Shown: positions 25,817 through 38,702, counted from the first letter of the whole stretch. The stretch is 61,563 nucleotides of DNA, filler included, from Choristocarpus tenellus KU-1152 (GCA_964200185.2; 14 parts of 14 records of this genome joined end to end with filler, not necessarily neighbours in it); one strand, 5' to 3'. A program made the numbers and translations. The notes: generated from the letters alone by a model not told the origin.

Positions 25817-26074
25817 GAGCTAATGTATCTTAGAGGGTAGAGCCGCGTCCATTTGGGGCCAAAACCCAATGTTGCGATTTTTATGTAATTTTGGCTATCG
25901 TGTTTGTTAGGAAGTGACAACATCCATGTTCCGGACGCACCTTTTCATAACAAATATACTTTACCTACTCCAAAAAATTGTGGAGTAGGAAAACGTCATA
26001 AAAGAGCCCATGTGAAGCCAAGTCCCGAATGGACAAACATGGGAAAACTCCTACCCTCTGAGATACTTTCACTC
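25817..26074 (+). mobile_element. MITE family A, full copy
   Basis: TIRs; TSD TTCA/TTCA. Confidence 0.9.
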
Positions 26075-26689
26075 TTCACCAACACAACTTTTTCACTCCC
26101 TCAAGTGCAATAAACAGTATTTTTTTTTCCCAGATTCTGTTCAGTGTTTTCCCCTCGATACCTCAGAATTGGGTACTTGCACGATTGCTGAAGTGAATTT
26201 TCCCCTCGAACCAGGCATCAGACCTATTAACCAGTTGCTGTCTCGAGTCAATCCACATGTGGCTGTCCAGAGTAATTTTGCAAGTTGTTCTGTATTTCTC
26301 ACGATTACTGCAAGTTCGCCAACCGAGACCCATCAAATATGGTTAAGCAAGCTGATGCGATTACAGCAAACTAATTTTCAAGAAAAAAGTATTCTTGATC
26401 AATAGTTATGGCACAACAAAGTTTATACCGGAGGTGACTGCGAACATTGAAGAAGGAAAAAAAAATGCTTTTTGTCAACCGCAACCCATCCAATGCATAC
26501 ATAATACAATGTTTTCTGATATGTATGTCTTCTTCTCTCCAACTTATGCTATCCTACATTCCAAAGGACTATGGCAACAGATACCCTGTGCTCTTGTTGT
26601 GGCATGCACCAACTAATCCTCACCTTGTCTTTTGGGCATACAGTTGTTACCTGTTGAGAGATCCTTGGGAGAAGCCACTCTCCCGTTTA

Positions 26690-26783
26690 GACCCAAAGTA
26701 CCTGGGGGGGGGGGGGGGGGCCTACCCCAGGGTGTCCATTTGGGGCAAAAAAAGGAAAAGGGCAAGGAAATTATCCATCCATC
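26690..26783. mobile_element. MITE family B end
   Basis: GACCCAAAGTACCT-polyG-CCAGGGTGTCCATTTGGGG. Confidence 0.75.
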
Positions 26784-27318
26784 NNNNNNNNNNNNNNNNN
26801 NNNNNNNNNNNNNNNNNNNNNNNNNNNTTAATTAATTAANNNNNNNNNNNNNNNNNNNNNNNNNNNNNNNNNNNNNNNNNNNNAGTCACGCTTTTGGTTG
26901 TATAGAAACCCCCCCCCCGAATAATCCGAGTTTTCAGCTCTGTCATTCGGTTATATTTCGATTAATGAGCCGAAAACGATCGAGAGGTAGGCAGGTTTGG
27001 ATTAATTTTGTGTTCTAAGTTATATTTCTTACCCCCGTATTACACTCGACCACACAAAATATTCACATGCTTCTATTTTTAACCTTCCTACAAATATAAC
27101 AATATATATATATATATTGTTATATTGTTATATGCCCACTCGCATTTTCTGATATATTCATGTGTGTTAGGGGAGGAGGGAAAACAGAATTATCATGTCC
27201 AATATACTTCTTAGACAATGACAATGTGAACATTGACAACTACTTTGTACCTCGTGCCCACTCGAAATGGACATAGGGGAGGGTGTCAATTGAGGCTAGC
27301 ATGGGTGTTGGGGGGTAA

Positions 27319-27504
27319 GGCTCAAAGTATTTTGGGGGCGGTGGGGGGTGGCAGCTGTTCGTTTGGGGCGAATTTTTTCATATCGCGATTTTGGGTGATT
27401 TGGTTGCATACATCGAATGGATAATGTAAGTGCATTTTTCCTGCTTATGGGCCAAAATGGACACTCTGGTGTAGCCCCCCCCTTTCCCTCAGATACTTTG
27501 GGTC
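27319..27504 (+). mobile_element. MITE family B, only full copy (~186 bp)
   Basis: GGCTCAAAGTATT...AGATACTTTGGGTC with G/C-rich subterminal tracts; flanks TAA(G)/TAAG. Confidence 0.8.
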
Positions 27505-27732
27505 TAAGGACTCCCAATCTTAATCAGATCCTTCGATGACTGGACAGCATTGATGATGGGACCCTGGGGTTGACACTCTAATAATCAGCAAAACCAGAGA
27601 TGGCGAGGTGGGAGTGTGGTTTGCGCTCCATTTACATTGCTGTGTGTTCATATCTGTGCCTTGAAGGAAAATCTGGTAAAGATGTTCTTTTCCTTCCTGA
27701 ACCTTCCTTTGCAATATCCTCATGTGTGCTTG

Positions 27733-27988
27733 TCTCAAAGTATCTTAGAGGGTAGAGCCGCGTCCGTTTGGGGCCAAAATCGAATGTTGCGATTTTGATC
27801 TAATTTTGGACATCATGTTTGTTAGGAAGTGTCGATATCCTTGTTCCGGACACACCTTTTCATAACATATACATTTTACCTACTCCTAAACATATTGGAG
27901 TAGGAAAATGTCATAAAAAAACCGTGGGAAGCCAATCCCGAAATGGACAAACGGGGCAAAACTCGTACCCTCTAAGATACTTTTACTC
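27733..27988 (+). mobile_element. MITE family A, full copy
   Basis: TIRs (left end degenerate); TSD CTTG/CTTG. Confidence 0.85.
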
Positions 27989-29806
27989 CTTGATCCATGC
28001 ACTACGTACCGCAATAATTTGATTACTCTTCATCAAGAGAATTCCGCTTGTCTTGAGAATTAAACGTACTCAGACGAACATGTTGCCACAATATTTTGAG
28101 CGATAATCCTGTTGCGTAATCCTGTGTCGCACTTGCAAAATCGCAATAGGCTACTTTCGATTTTCCATCGAGAATGGGGTACTACTACAGGCCTCTTACG
28201 CTGAGAAATCTGTTCGTGGAAACAGGAGGGGATGTGCAGTGGGGGGACCTAGAGGAGAAGTCAGCAGTCACTATGCTCCAACATTGCCAAGAGGAATGAA
28301 CAGTAGGTGCGAGTGCTTAGGTAAACCGTGGAGATTGTGCTAAGGGGGAAAGAGTAGGAGAAGATCCACATCACTTAAAGTGCTTAAACAGGACCAGGGG
28401 AAACTATGAGAAATAAAATCTACTAGCCATCAGCTACAATGCCTCTGCAGCAGGAGGAAGAAAGGGGAAGGAGAGACCTGGGCGTGGGTAGCAGGGGTGA
28501 ACTGTGCCAGGGGGGATCTATGCGTGCCTGTGTAGGAGTTGGCCTAGCTGGACGTACAAGTGTTTCTGTGGGGTTTGTACATAACTTTAAACTTCAAAAT
28601 AGGTAACAGGGAGTACTATAGTAACAAAGGAAGGCACCACAAGCCATAAACCTTCCAGACAGCATAAAGTCAAAGAGATTAGGCCTTCTGGGCAAAACAT
28701 CCTTTCTGTAATATATTTAGCAAGAGTACAGGTAAAGGGGCAGGAGGGTGCCTGGTGATAGTTGATAAATATTCTCTGCTTTGCGTCTAGAGAAAGTTAC
28801 TATTTTCTTAAGGTAGACATGGCATGATATGCAGAAACCCAGACATGTCAGATTGACGGATGGATGGGTGGATGGATAGGTCAAGGTCTTGAGTGCAGAT
28901 TAATCATTTTACTCAATGAGTGAGTCACTGCACTGTTGTCCATGTATCCTCTTAGTACTCCCAGATTTCCATGCGGTCTTGCTTTCATATCCATTTTAGT
29001 GTTATATTTTGGTCTAAAGCGCCTAGAAGTCCATCTTTACTGTTCGTGTTTGGCAGGAAATTAGCAAAGAGATAGAGAGAGATGAAGAACCTACATGATT
29101 TTCTTGTGGATGATAAGGTCCAGCATGGCCAAGTTGTAATAAACTCAAGTTGGATTTTGTCGTAGTGATACGATAAACAAACCCGTTCCTCATTTTCAAT
29201 TTATTAGCCAATATAAAAAAATGTTAACAGAATTGACAATAGTGCTGACTGTTTTCCCATAACCTTTTGCTGATAAACAGGAGGCAAAGCCTCCACACTG
29301 ATCGCAATTGGAAGCATTCCTTGGTGTCGCTTTTCCCAATATTATATCTCTAATATATATTGTTCGTTGTGGGACTTTGATCCTTTCTTTGTATCACACC
29401 ACTGTGTCAGTGGGACTTGGTGTGGATATTGTACAAGAAGCAAAAGAAACAGTTATCATTGCAAACCAGGATTATATCGATGAGTGAACGATGTACCATT
29501 TGCGAGGAAGGTTCCAGAAAACACTACTTCTAATGTAGCGGCATTATGTCGAAGGTATCCTGGTGTCACAGTTCCCTTTCCCTCTTTCTTCCTCTTGTTT
29601 TTGGGCTTATTTGTTTTGAGGTTCAGATGGATATTCAGGGTTGGGATAGTAGGTGGGTGAATGTCCAATTAATAATTATTACATGTGTCAGGGATAGGTC
29701 ACCTTTTTTGGAATCTACGACATTGATGAGGATAATACGCGCGGTCATGAACATCTGCGCTCGTCACCTTTTGCGATTGAGACCAGGTCAATTACACGTG
29801 GCTGAA

Positions 29807-31254
29807 TATAGTGTTTGCGCAAAATGAAATTCACAATCGGAATGTTTTATGTGTCCCTCCGATTTCTGGCGATAGTGTTTTTCATTTTCAAATTTGAAAA
29901 GGCACGAAAAGCGTACTCATTGCGTGCGCTCCTTTGATCCTCGAAGTTATAACCTCGACACCTTCGTGGTGGAAGTTTTGGGTGCCTCGGCAAGGAAGCG
30001 GATTGCTTCCTGGATGCGCTGGCTAATCACATGGCAGGGGGGAAAGGAATTGGAGGATTTACCAGAAAAGGAGTAGTCAAATCGCGGCTACGCCAAATTA
30101 TCTGAGTGACTACGCAAGTGGCATTGTCTAAACGTGTCATGCGTTTTAAGCTAGAGTCACCAGGGAGATGGGCACGGAGGGGTTTATTGGATTCTTGGGA
30201 TGCCTCCCTAGCTACTCTCCCCGGGGCGCAGGAGTAGGTAGATTGGAAGCACAGGAAGGCAGTAATACAATATTGATAGTGGTGAAGTAACTGATAGATT
30301 AGTGTTTTGTTGAGTTTTTCACATTTATGATATTTTATTTCTTTAGGGCTTATATTGACTTACGTATAGTTTTCATTTATTTCCCCCGACACATCTCGAA
30401 AATTGTCAGAGGGCATAATAATAATAGTGAAAATCAATATCGCCTCGGTAAGACCCTCGGGGCAACACTTAAGGTTTGATGATCTCATAGAGGAATTGTC
30501 CAATCGAAGCGACCAATTCGCATTTGTCCCAGCCAAACAAAACGCTACAAAAGCTGCATTATCCAAGGACAAGACTCGCAATGATTGGGAGATGCTAGCA
30601 TGTTACACCCTTTTGCTGCCTCACTCAGCCGAAACCCCGATCGCTAGGCAGGAACTAGGACTACCTTGTCAGAACAGGACGTCCATACACGATGAGGTAT
30701 CAAGCCAAACTTCGCTGTCACACCAAGAGTTTGTCAACAGTGTACTGGTAATTCTTGCACCGATGATGCTTCAACCTGTTTTAACCCAGAACTCCTCGCC
30801 CGCTGTCTGTGCTGCCGCAAACAAACAACCTGCTTCAGTTCCTGCGATATGCGGACCTCATTCTTTCCAAAAAGCAATGCATATGAACCCTTTCGACCAG
30901 TCACATTGATCCCCACTTGCTTTAGCCACAGACAGCGCGAGCGATAGAAGTAGACACCATTCGGACAAAGACCTACCTCCATCGCTCAATCCACTGAGGA
31001 ATGTCCAAGGAAGGGTCGAAATAGACGGAAGCTAATACGGGCTACGGCAGATTGCTCTTTCGTCACGGGGCGCTCACTAATCCTGTTGTCGAAGATGGTT
31101 TGAATTTGCTGGTCACCTTCGGGTGGCGTTTCTTGTTTTTTCCCTTTTTTTTTTTATTGTGAATTTCATTTTGTGCAAACTGATTTTCGTAATACATTTT
31201 CTTATCGCTGATAGACCAAAATCAAAATGAATTTCATTTTGCGCAAACACTATA
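29807..31254. mobile_element. Unclassified TIR element (27-bp TIR TATAGTGTTTGCGCAAAATGAAATTCA) with a nested CRE-like 3' fragment
   Basis: Perfect inverted copies at 29807-29833 and 31228-31254; extra partial TIR copy near 31137-31160. Confidence 0.65.
29895..30427 (+). mobile_element. 5'-truncated CRE-like retrotransposon with 3' UTR and (AAT)n tail
   Basis: KRTHCVRSFDPRSYNLDTFVVE is homologous to 25106-25170; 3' UTR shared with 31300-31660 and 560-660. Confidence 0.75.
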
Positions 31255-31299
31255 ATGAATAATAATTATATTTGATGGGGTGCCTCTGATTTTCTTCCC

Positions 31300-31660
31300 A
31301 ATATAGGAGTAGAGGAGCTGAAGGATATTGCAGGAAAGGAGTAGTTAAATCCCGGCTACGCCAAATTGTTTTGGTGACTACTACGCAAGTGGCATTGTCT
31401 CGACGTGTCATGCGCTTTAAACTAGAGTCACCAGAGAGATGTGCACGGAGGGGGTTGTTGGATTCTTGGGATGCCTCCCTAGCTCCACCCCCCGAGGCGC
31501 AGGAGTAGGTAGATAGGAAGCACAGGAAGACAGTAGTACAATATTGATAATGGTGAAGTAACTGATAGATTAGTGGTGATTTTCACACAGTCACATTTAT
31601 TTATGATATTTTTTGGTTTTCCCACATCTATCTGCAAAATGTCAGAGGGCATAATAATAA
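31300..31660 (+). mobile_element. 5'-truncated CRE-like retrotransposon 3' end (an inverted tail copy follows at 31681-31714)
   Basis: Clearly homologous to 30050-30427. Confidence 0.75.
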
Positions 31661-31871
31661 AATATTGGAGTATTATTTATATTATTATGCTCTCTGACAT
31701 TTTGCAGATGTGTCNNNNNNNNNNNNNNNNNNNNNNNNNNNNNNNNNNNNNNNNNNNNTTAATTAATTAANNNNNNNNNNNNNNNNNNNNNNNNNNNNNN
31801 NNNNNNNNNNNNNNCCCCCCCTTCCCCAAAATACTTTGGGTTATGATTCCTCTCCCCTGTCCCCTACACAG

Positions 31872-32102
31872 GCTTTCATATGGAACATTTTACCTGCATC
31901 TATTGGAAACATCCTCGGGGCCTTGGTCATGGTTGCTGGTGCTTTTTTCTACCTGTATGTCCAACATGATGATGAACTCTGGGAGGAGCTCAGTGGCCGC
32001 CACCTTGTAATCGCACCCAAGAAAGCTGCAACAACTGACAGCACACTACACCCAACACTACATGAAGGAGAGAGGAACAAGGAGAAGCCCATCAGTCCAT
32101 AA
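31872..32102 (+). CDS. Last exon of formate/nitrite transporter (FNT; FocA/NirC/NAR1 family)
   Basis: CAG acceptor at 31871; FIWNILPASIGNILGALVMVAGAFFYLY matches the final FNT helix (N..P...GNI.G); TAA at 32100-32102. Confidence 0.8.
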   Translation, partial: AFIWNILPASIGNILGALVMVAGAFFYLYVQHDDELWEELSGRHLVIAPKKAATTDSTLHPTLHEGERNKEKPISP

Positions 32103-33801
32103 CTTCAGGGCATCGGAGGCCCTACAATTCAACACATTATCCATGAGGAGAGGATGATATGTCTTGTAATACTGTAGGAGCACAATAAGAACGTTTTGAA
32201 GGCAGTCATCAAATTTTTTTGCCGGACAAAATGTTTCAACCGTGAGAGTGAGGATGCAAAGCCGTTTTTTTTGCTGGACTCAGCCCCTGCACCTCACATT
32301 TGCGTGGGAAATTTTGATGGCACAACCCTGCTCCTTAGTTGATCAGTTAGTACTCACGAGTAACTTGGAATCCTTCATGCAAAGGGTACTGAGGGAGGAG
32401 CAATGCTGTGTGATTGCACCAGTGTAATATTGTAGCTCACGTTTGTTCACCTATACACCATTCTAGTGTACCATGCATGGTAGTATATCATTGTAGCATC
32501 TACAGTGCATTATCGTTCTTTATCGTTATGCTGCTTGTTGCCCGTATTGTAGAGCTACATACAAAGCGCTCCCATGCACCAAACGGTATGCCCTCTTGAG
32601 TTTTGTGTGTCCATTGGAGCATTTTGTACTTTTCAGACATTCTTCCTGACACACCATTCCCAAGCGTAAAATGCAGCATATCTCCCTTTAGGAGGCTGTG
32701 GCTGCAGAATAGGAAGATGAGTATATGTCTATGTGTTTGTGAAGTCGACTGTCAGGACACTAGAAGCACATGTACAGGAACATAGTCACAGGGGCTCCGA
32801 ATGCTCAGTGGCACCCCATCAAAGATAGGATAGGTCACAAAATTTTGCACACAATAGTTTGCGCATTTGTGCGTGTGTGTGTGTGTGCGTGAATTTTCTT
32901 CCATATGGGAAAATCTTCCCAGTTTTTCACTTTTGGGATTCCGACCATACAAATAGGACAAGCTTAAGTAGACAAGAGACGAAATGTGATGAACCAATCC
33001 CTACGGGCATTGATAAAGTAGAAGCGAGTGGAGTAGGGGCAGTGTTGTAGTGCTGCTGTTCGTTGCTTCCTGTGACAGGTGGCACATCTCCTGAAGTAGA
33101 ACTCATTCAGGAGTTATTGTCAAGAACTGACATATCAACCAGAAAAGGAATTACTGGGTTGTAAGGTAATTGGGCAAGGATTGATATTGTATTCCTTGCA
33201 ATCATCCCCATAAGTGTAATACAGGTAGAGATGTGCCTTCCTCACTTGTCCTCTTTCCCGCGCATAATTTTAACCAATCAGGGAAGGCGGTGGGAAACAA
33301 GACAACTTTCGCAAAGAATTTGCGCAGAATCATGCTGAGTTCAATGCTTAGATAATGCTTGATCGTACCTCTGACAAAATGCAACCTTTCTACACGTTAG
33401 ACATTATTACTGTAGGTAATATATAATTAATATGGTGCTTTCTCACCCGTAGTGTACGTAGTCACTCAAAGAGCAAGAAGAAGGTGCCTGAAGATCATCA
33501 GCTATGAGGTAGGGGTCGCAACACACAGTTTCTAGAATACTAGAATCGTAGGACAACACAATACACCCAAAGAGGATCGAGACCCACTACCAGGGAAACA
33601 CAAAATTTAAAGGGTGAAGGCGTGCATAATGATGTGGATATCATCCCATCACAGGCTAGGTAGCGAAATCACAGAACATTCTGAAGTATGTATGGTAGTG
33701 TTCAATTACTCACTACTTATTACATAATGAGTGTGAGGTGAAGACCACGAGGTGTGGGCACATGTCCTTATTATCTCCAGTTAGAATAATTCACCTCTTT
33801 G

Positions 33802-33940
33802 AACAGCCGATTTCAAAAATTGAGGATGGAGCTGTCGATATATATATATTTTTTTATATAATACTAAAAAAATATATATCGACACTTTATCCCAGTCAAT
33901 TTTGATTCAAGCCCATCCTCAATTTTTGAAATCGGCTGTT
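33802..33940. mobile_element. MITE family D, full copy (139 bp)
   Basis: Perfect 28-bp TIR AACAGCCGATTTCAAAAATTGAGGATGG; TSD TTTG/TTTG; inner GTCGATATATAT...ATATATATCGAC palindrome. Confidence 0.85.
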
Positions 33941-34854
33941 TTTGGTAGAAAACATGCTGCATTTTAACTTATTTTCAGAATTGGTAGGTGTGTCAATGCT
34001 CTTGGTTATTGCACTCATATCCCCGAATCATAGCAACTAGTTGGAGGGGATAAGATAGAAGTGAAGAGGTTGCAAATTACATGGAACCGAAGTGGGTTGA
34101 CAGACAGTTACTTTGATGTGACTTTCATGAGCTGCACCCTAAGATGTACATGTTGCTCAAAATATAAATGAATACTAGAACGAGTAGCCCGCAAATGTAG
34201 GGTGGACCAATAATGTGGGTCCTGAGCATCTAACAGGATAATCGAAAAAGAAGGAATAGATAAAAATCTCCTCTACTTACACAATATCGCTTCAATCGTC
34301 GATCCCCTGGTGGTGTATGTGGGTCGAACCGTTACAAATAGTGTATGTGTAGAACCCTCTATTCTTGTTACGGAAGCGATATGTACAGAGAAATACTGTT
34401 TTTTGCGGTTTGTCCACTATCCCTCTCTTGATATATTACATGTATCAGCGATAATGATAATGAAACTTCGGTCTGACATGTCCCAACACTAATTCAGTCG
34501 ATTGCAATGGACAATGGAAGTCCAGCGATACATCATCAGGTAAAATAGTCGTTTGCGGCTGATTTGTTGGGGATGGGTTGAGGAGGTGGTGCGTGTGTAT
34601 TATGTAACATGCTGTTTTGTTTATTGTTAGAGGCTTGGCCTGGAGGAGGTGGAGGGTATGATATTGACTCAGGGATTAACTTTGTAACAATGTGATTGGC
34701 GTCTTATTCTTTGGCAACTCTCTGAAACCTGGGAAATGTGTTGAGAGATACTACTACGGAGTATCATAATATGAGTAACTTAAGGGGGTGACTTCTTTTT
34801 TTTTAGGGTAGAAAGATGGTATGAACCCGAATGTTGACACAGCAACGCATTGCA

Positions 34855-35245
34855 CAGGGAACCCCCCTTCTTGGGGAATTGGCACTATTGCATTAAAAAA
34901 ATTAGACAATTTTTTTGAAACCTAACCCTAACCCTAACCCTACCCCTACCCCAACCCCCAAGTTATTTGTTATAAAATCCTAACCAGCTAACGCAACATT
35001 TGGGAGGAGTTTCACGTTGTTGTGGTGTAGCAGTCCAGTGTGCAAAGGTGAACCTCAACATCACAAGGATCCACCACTGTCATCTCTTTTTCACTTTTTC
35101 ACACAAACTTTGGAAAATATATCCCTAACACTAACCCTAGCTCTGTCCCTAACCCTGCCCTGTGTGTGCAAAAATATCCCTAACCTTTGGGGGAGGGGAT
35201 GAAAATAGTGTAAGAATGGTGGTTCCCAAGACAGGGTTTCCCCTG
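34855..35245 (+). mobile_element. MITE family F with (CCCTAA)n-like tracts
   Basis: CAGGGAACCCC...CTTGGG / CCCAAGACAGGGTTTCCCCTG termini; flanks TGCA/TGCA. Confidence 0.7.
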
Positions 35246-35811
35246 TGCACTTCAGCATGTTTTCGTGTACAAAGGAGAGATGATAGGGCGATTCGAGCAG
35301 TCTTTCGACAAGAAAGCGAGATTATCTATCGTTTGTGCGACTAACTCTTTGCTACAATTAACTACTCCAGGTTGTAATTCAGGGTGGGCTTTGAGTGGCT
35401 TGTTCCAACAAACCTCTCTACAAGCGCTCGGTATAGAGGTGTACGATATGGAGGAGTATATATACCACATGTCAAAATAACTCCCGTATCCAATACAGGT
35501 TTATCTATCTGTTGTATTTGTTGATCCTCTATATTGTATATTGCATCTTGTTCCCTCCTGCCCAACAACATCTCTCCAAAATGTCAGTTGGGATTATACA
35601 ATGAAACATACGGCAATGAAACCTCTCTGCTGATCTTACCAAGAATTAATGTGTATTCCAGAGTTGTAAATGATCATCGTATTCACGATAACTTATCATA
35701 ACGAACATAATAGTGTTAGTAAGTTCTAAAAACGTACGCTAAAGTATAGAATGATGTATCCTACTCCCGAGTGTATACCATCACAGATGGTGTTGTACTA
35801 TTGACCATGCA

Positions 35812-36151
35812 CTGGGGAACCACCACCATTACACTCTTTTCATATCTTCACATGAACGTTAGGGTTATTTTTCATACGTAGGTCAGGACTAGGGCTAGGA
35901 TTAGGGTTAATTTTTCGAAAATGTGCTCGAATACGTGTTTCAATATGTCGAAAACAAAATACAGTGGGGGATCCTTGAGATGTCATGGTTCCCAGTGCAC
36001 ACTGTACTCCTGCACTGCAACGTGAAAGTTCTCCCAGCATGTTTCCTTCCTCAGGGTTGGGGCTATAGGGTTAGGGTTAGGTTTTTCGAAAATGTGTGCG
36101 GAAAAGTGAAAAAATAATAGTATAATGGTGGTGACAGAATGAGTTTCCCAG
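35812..36151 (-). mobile_element. MITE family F-related copy, reverse orientation
   Basis: CTGGGGAACCACCACCATTA ... TAATGGTGGTG...TTCCCAG; TTAGGG tracts; flanks TGCA/TGAA. Confidence 0.6.
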
Positions 36152-38129
36152 TGAACGTTACCATTACTATCTATCAAATACTCCGGAGTAATAGTTAATG
36201 CGGATCTGGAGGATTGCGATTTGGAGGAGTCAGAAACACAGCAAATTGTCACTCAATTCAGGTGACATCTACGACACACACTGTTCGCCAGTAGAACAGG
36301 AATACTGGCGGATCTTATGTATGCAGTATGCGTGTAGTAAACGAGAAGATATTTTAAAGTTTGACGTATAACCCACATGATTAACCGCATACAGCATGTA
36401 TCAGAATGTGAATATATCTTCCTAATATTCCTGTTGTTGGCATTCCACAGGTGTGTGCGTGTATTTTGTGGGGAAGGCAAAGGCGGAACACGACGAAGCC
36501 TGTGAGCACTCTTCTAATCAAAAGCGTACATAGCATAATCGTTACATGCTTTGGTTATTGTCGGACTACGTAGTACCATGTGCAGTAAAAAGTATACGCG
36601 GTGTGGTGTAGTTATTGCTGTACTTGTGGACTATTACTGTAGCAGAACTACGACGATAGTCTACAGAAGAAAGTAGGTAGTGTGGAAAAACCCTAAGTAC
36701 GTTGACTGACATTGTTAATTTATCTATTTCTTTATTCGGTAACAACTGTCGGTATAGAGCAGGGAAATGCAACATGCTGCTTGATCTATTAATTTATATA
36801 TACTACGAGTATCTCAGAGTACAACAATATAACTAGTACTTCACCACTTCAACAGGTTGCACTTCTCATCCACCATATGGAGGCAGGCAGTTATCACTCA
36901 CCAACCCACCTGGCTACGGGGGAGAAGGAAGGGCCCATGCTACATGAATTTATTCTCCCTTCAAGAGAGTTTTGCTGTCTTTGTTGGATCCTAGAGCAAG
37001 CACGTCTAATAACATCAATGGTGGGAAGGCACTCAGGATGCCAAGTTATCCCAATGACCATCGATTCGAGATCTTATCAGGCTTAGCTCTTTGTGCAACA
37101 ATCCAACCACCTCCGAGTACCTTTTCACTGGGCAATGCTCTGTGCAAACATTCGTTACCTGGTATTCGTATTTCTTAACGAGATAATCGATAGGGGGAAT
37201 TTAAGCCCTTGCTCAGCATAAACTTTACGTCAGTCTCTCTGGTTCAGGGCATTTGTGCGGTTTTGATCGAGGTTTTTGCAGAGCTGTCTGGATCCGATGA
37301 TGTATTGAAGGAATAGCTAATGTACTCTGTAAGCCCCACCTATATGTTAAAAGTCGTTTCTTTCTTTGTGTTTTAACAGAGACTGCACAAATGCATTGCT
37401 AGGATAAAGTGGACCCATGTTGTAAAATTGGCATTCTGATAGCATTGAGGGATTGATTGGCTACTCTCAATTTCCAATGTTCCTCTTTCTGATTGCTTTG
37501 GTGCCACTCCTCACTTGGTCACTCTTATTTGTACTCCCAATAGATCAATACAGCAACAAAATTTTGGATATAGGACGCCAAACGTTGAATAACTAGTGCT
37601 ATACTTTGTGTGTGCTGATACAAGTATACAACATAGTTTCATGTACATTTATCTCTAGTCCGGTACAACACCAAGTAGCGACGTACATAGCGGTATGTGT
37701 CAGTATTTATCTATTACGTCAGTGATAATAAATGGCTAAGCTTTCTAACAACCTGCTTCTTGCGGCTTGGACTAGAGACTTTTGGGGCTACACTGGGCTG
37801 GCTACTGGGCTCCTCACTTGTCGGGTCGCTTACTGTTGTCCTGTCCCTTCCCCTTGCTGACTCTTAAAGGAATAGTGACAACATCAATTGGGGCCTCTTT
37901 GTCATCTGATTTGAAAATAATATAAATTGTGCAGCTGCTTTTGTCTCAAGATGGAATCATGGAGGGCGGGAAGGAATTAATGGAGAGTAGAAGCAGCCGC
38001 ACACCTTGCTATACATGCATTGCATGTGTTTGGAGAGGGGTGATGAAACGATTTGTGGGAATCTAGACTTGGGTTGATTTGGTATAAGTGTGTTTGGGTT
38101 CAGCTAGTACGCATGCGGGGTTTGGCAAA

Positions 38130-38400
38130 GCCAATGTGTAACGGGCACATCGTAATAATAGCAAAACCATAGCAAAAACAAAAAAACGTGAATCTCTCCT
38201 TTTCTAGCCAAGTTCCTCGAAAGATGGTGCCGGACATCAATGTGCTTTGTTCTAAGCGAGCTTGTAGCATTTATATATTACTAGTTTGCATGTCCCATTG
38301 TTGTCCTCGAACATGTCAATGCAACGTCTAGAAAACTGTGGCTGAATAAACTCAAAACACTTCGCAACCTGCGCTAAGCTATTCAGCACCAACGTGAGCA
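38130..38400 (-). pseudogene. Ty1/Copia RNase H remnant
   Basis: IDMFEDNNG...RTKHIDVRHH...RKGEI. Confidence 0.75.
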
Positions 38401-38412
38401 GAGCAGAGAGAC

Positions 38413-38530
38413 CAGTGAAAGTATCTTAGAGGGTACAAATTTTGCCCTGTTTGTCCATATGGAGCTTGGCTTCCCATGGGGGTTTTTATGACATTTTCCT
38501 TCTCCCAAATATTTCGGAGTAGGTAAAATG
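38413..38530 (-). mobile_element. MITE family A, partial (contig end)
   Basis: AGTGAAAGTATCTTAGAGGGTAC plus family interior. Confidence 0.85.
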
Positions 38531-38630
38531 NNNNNNNNNNNNNNNNNNNNNNNNNNNNNNNNNNNNNNNNNNNNTTAATTAATTAANNNNNNNNNNNNNN
38601 NNNNNNNNNNNNNNNNNNNNNNNNNNNNNN

Positions 38631-38702
38631 CCAAAAATCGCGACATGAAAAAATTGACCCCAAATGGACAGCCGTCACCCCCCCCCCCAGATACTTTGAG
38701 CC
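38631..38702. mobile_element. MITE family B end; further ends at 31815-31842, 42475-42500, 45688-45760, 45861-45885, 49221-49276, 53644-53724
   Basis: polyC-AGATACTTTGAGCC and equivalents, each next to a linker. Confidence 0.75.

Noticed and set aside
34920-34960. True telomere
   Set aside because: Few degenerate units, internal to a TIR element
32500-37870. Scattered minus-strand exon candidates (e.g. 33240-33370, 37748-37863)
   Set aside because: Could not assemble a phase-consistent model or assign a family
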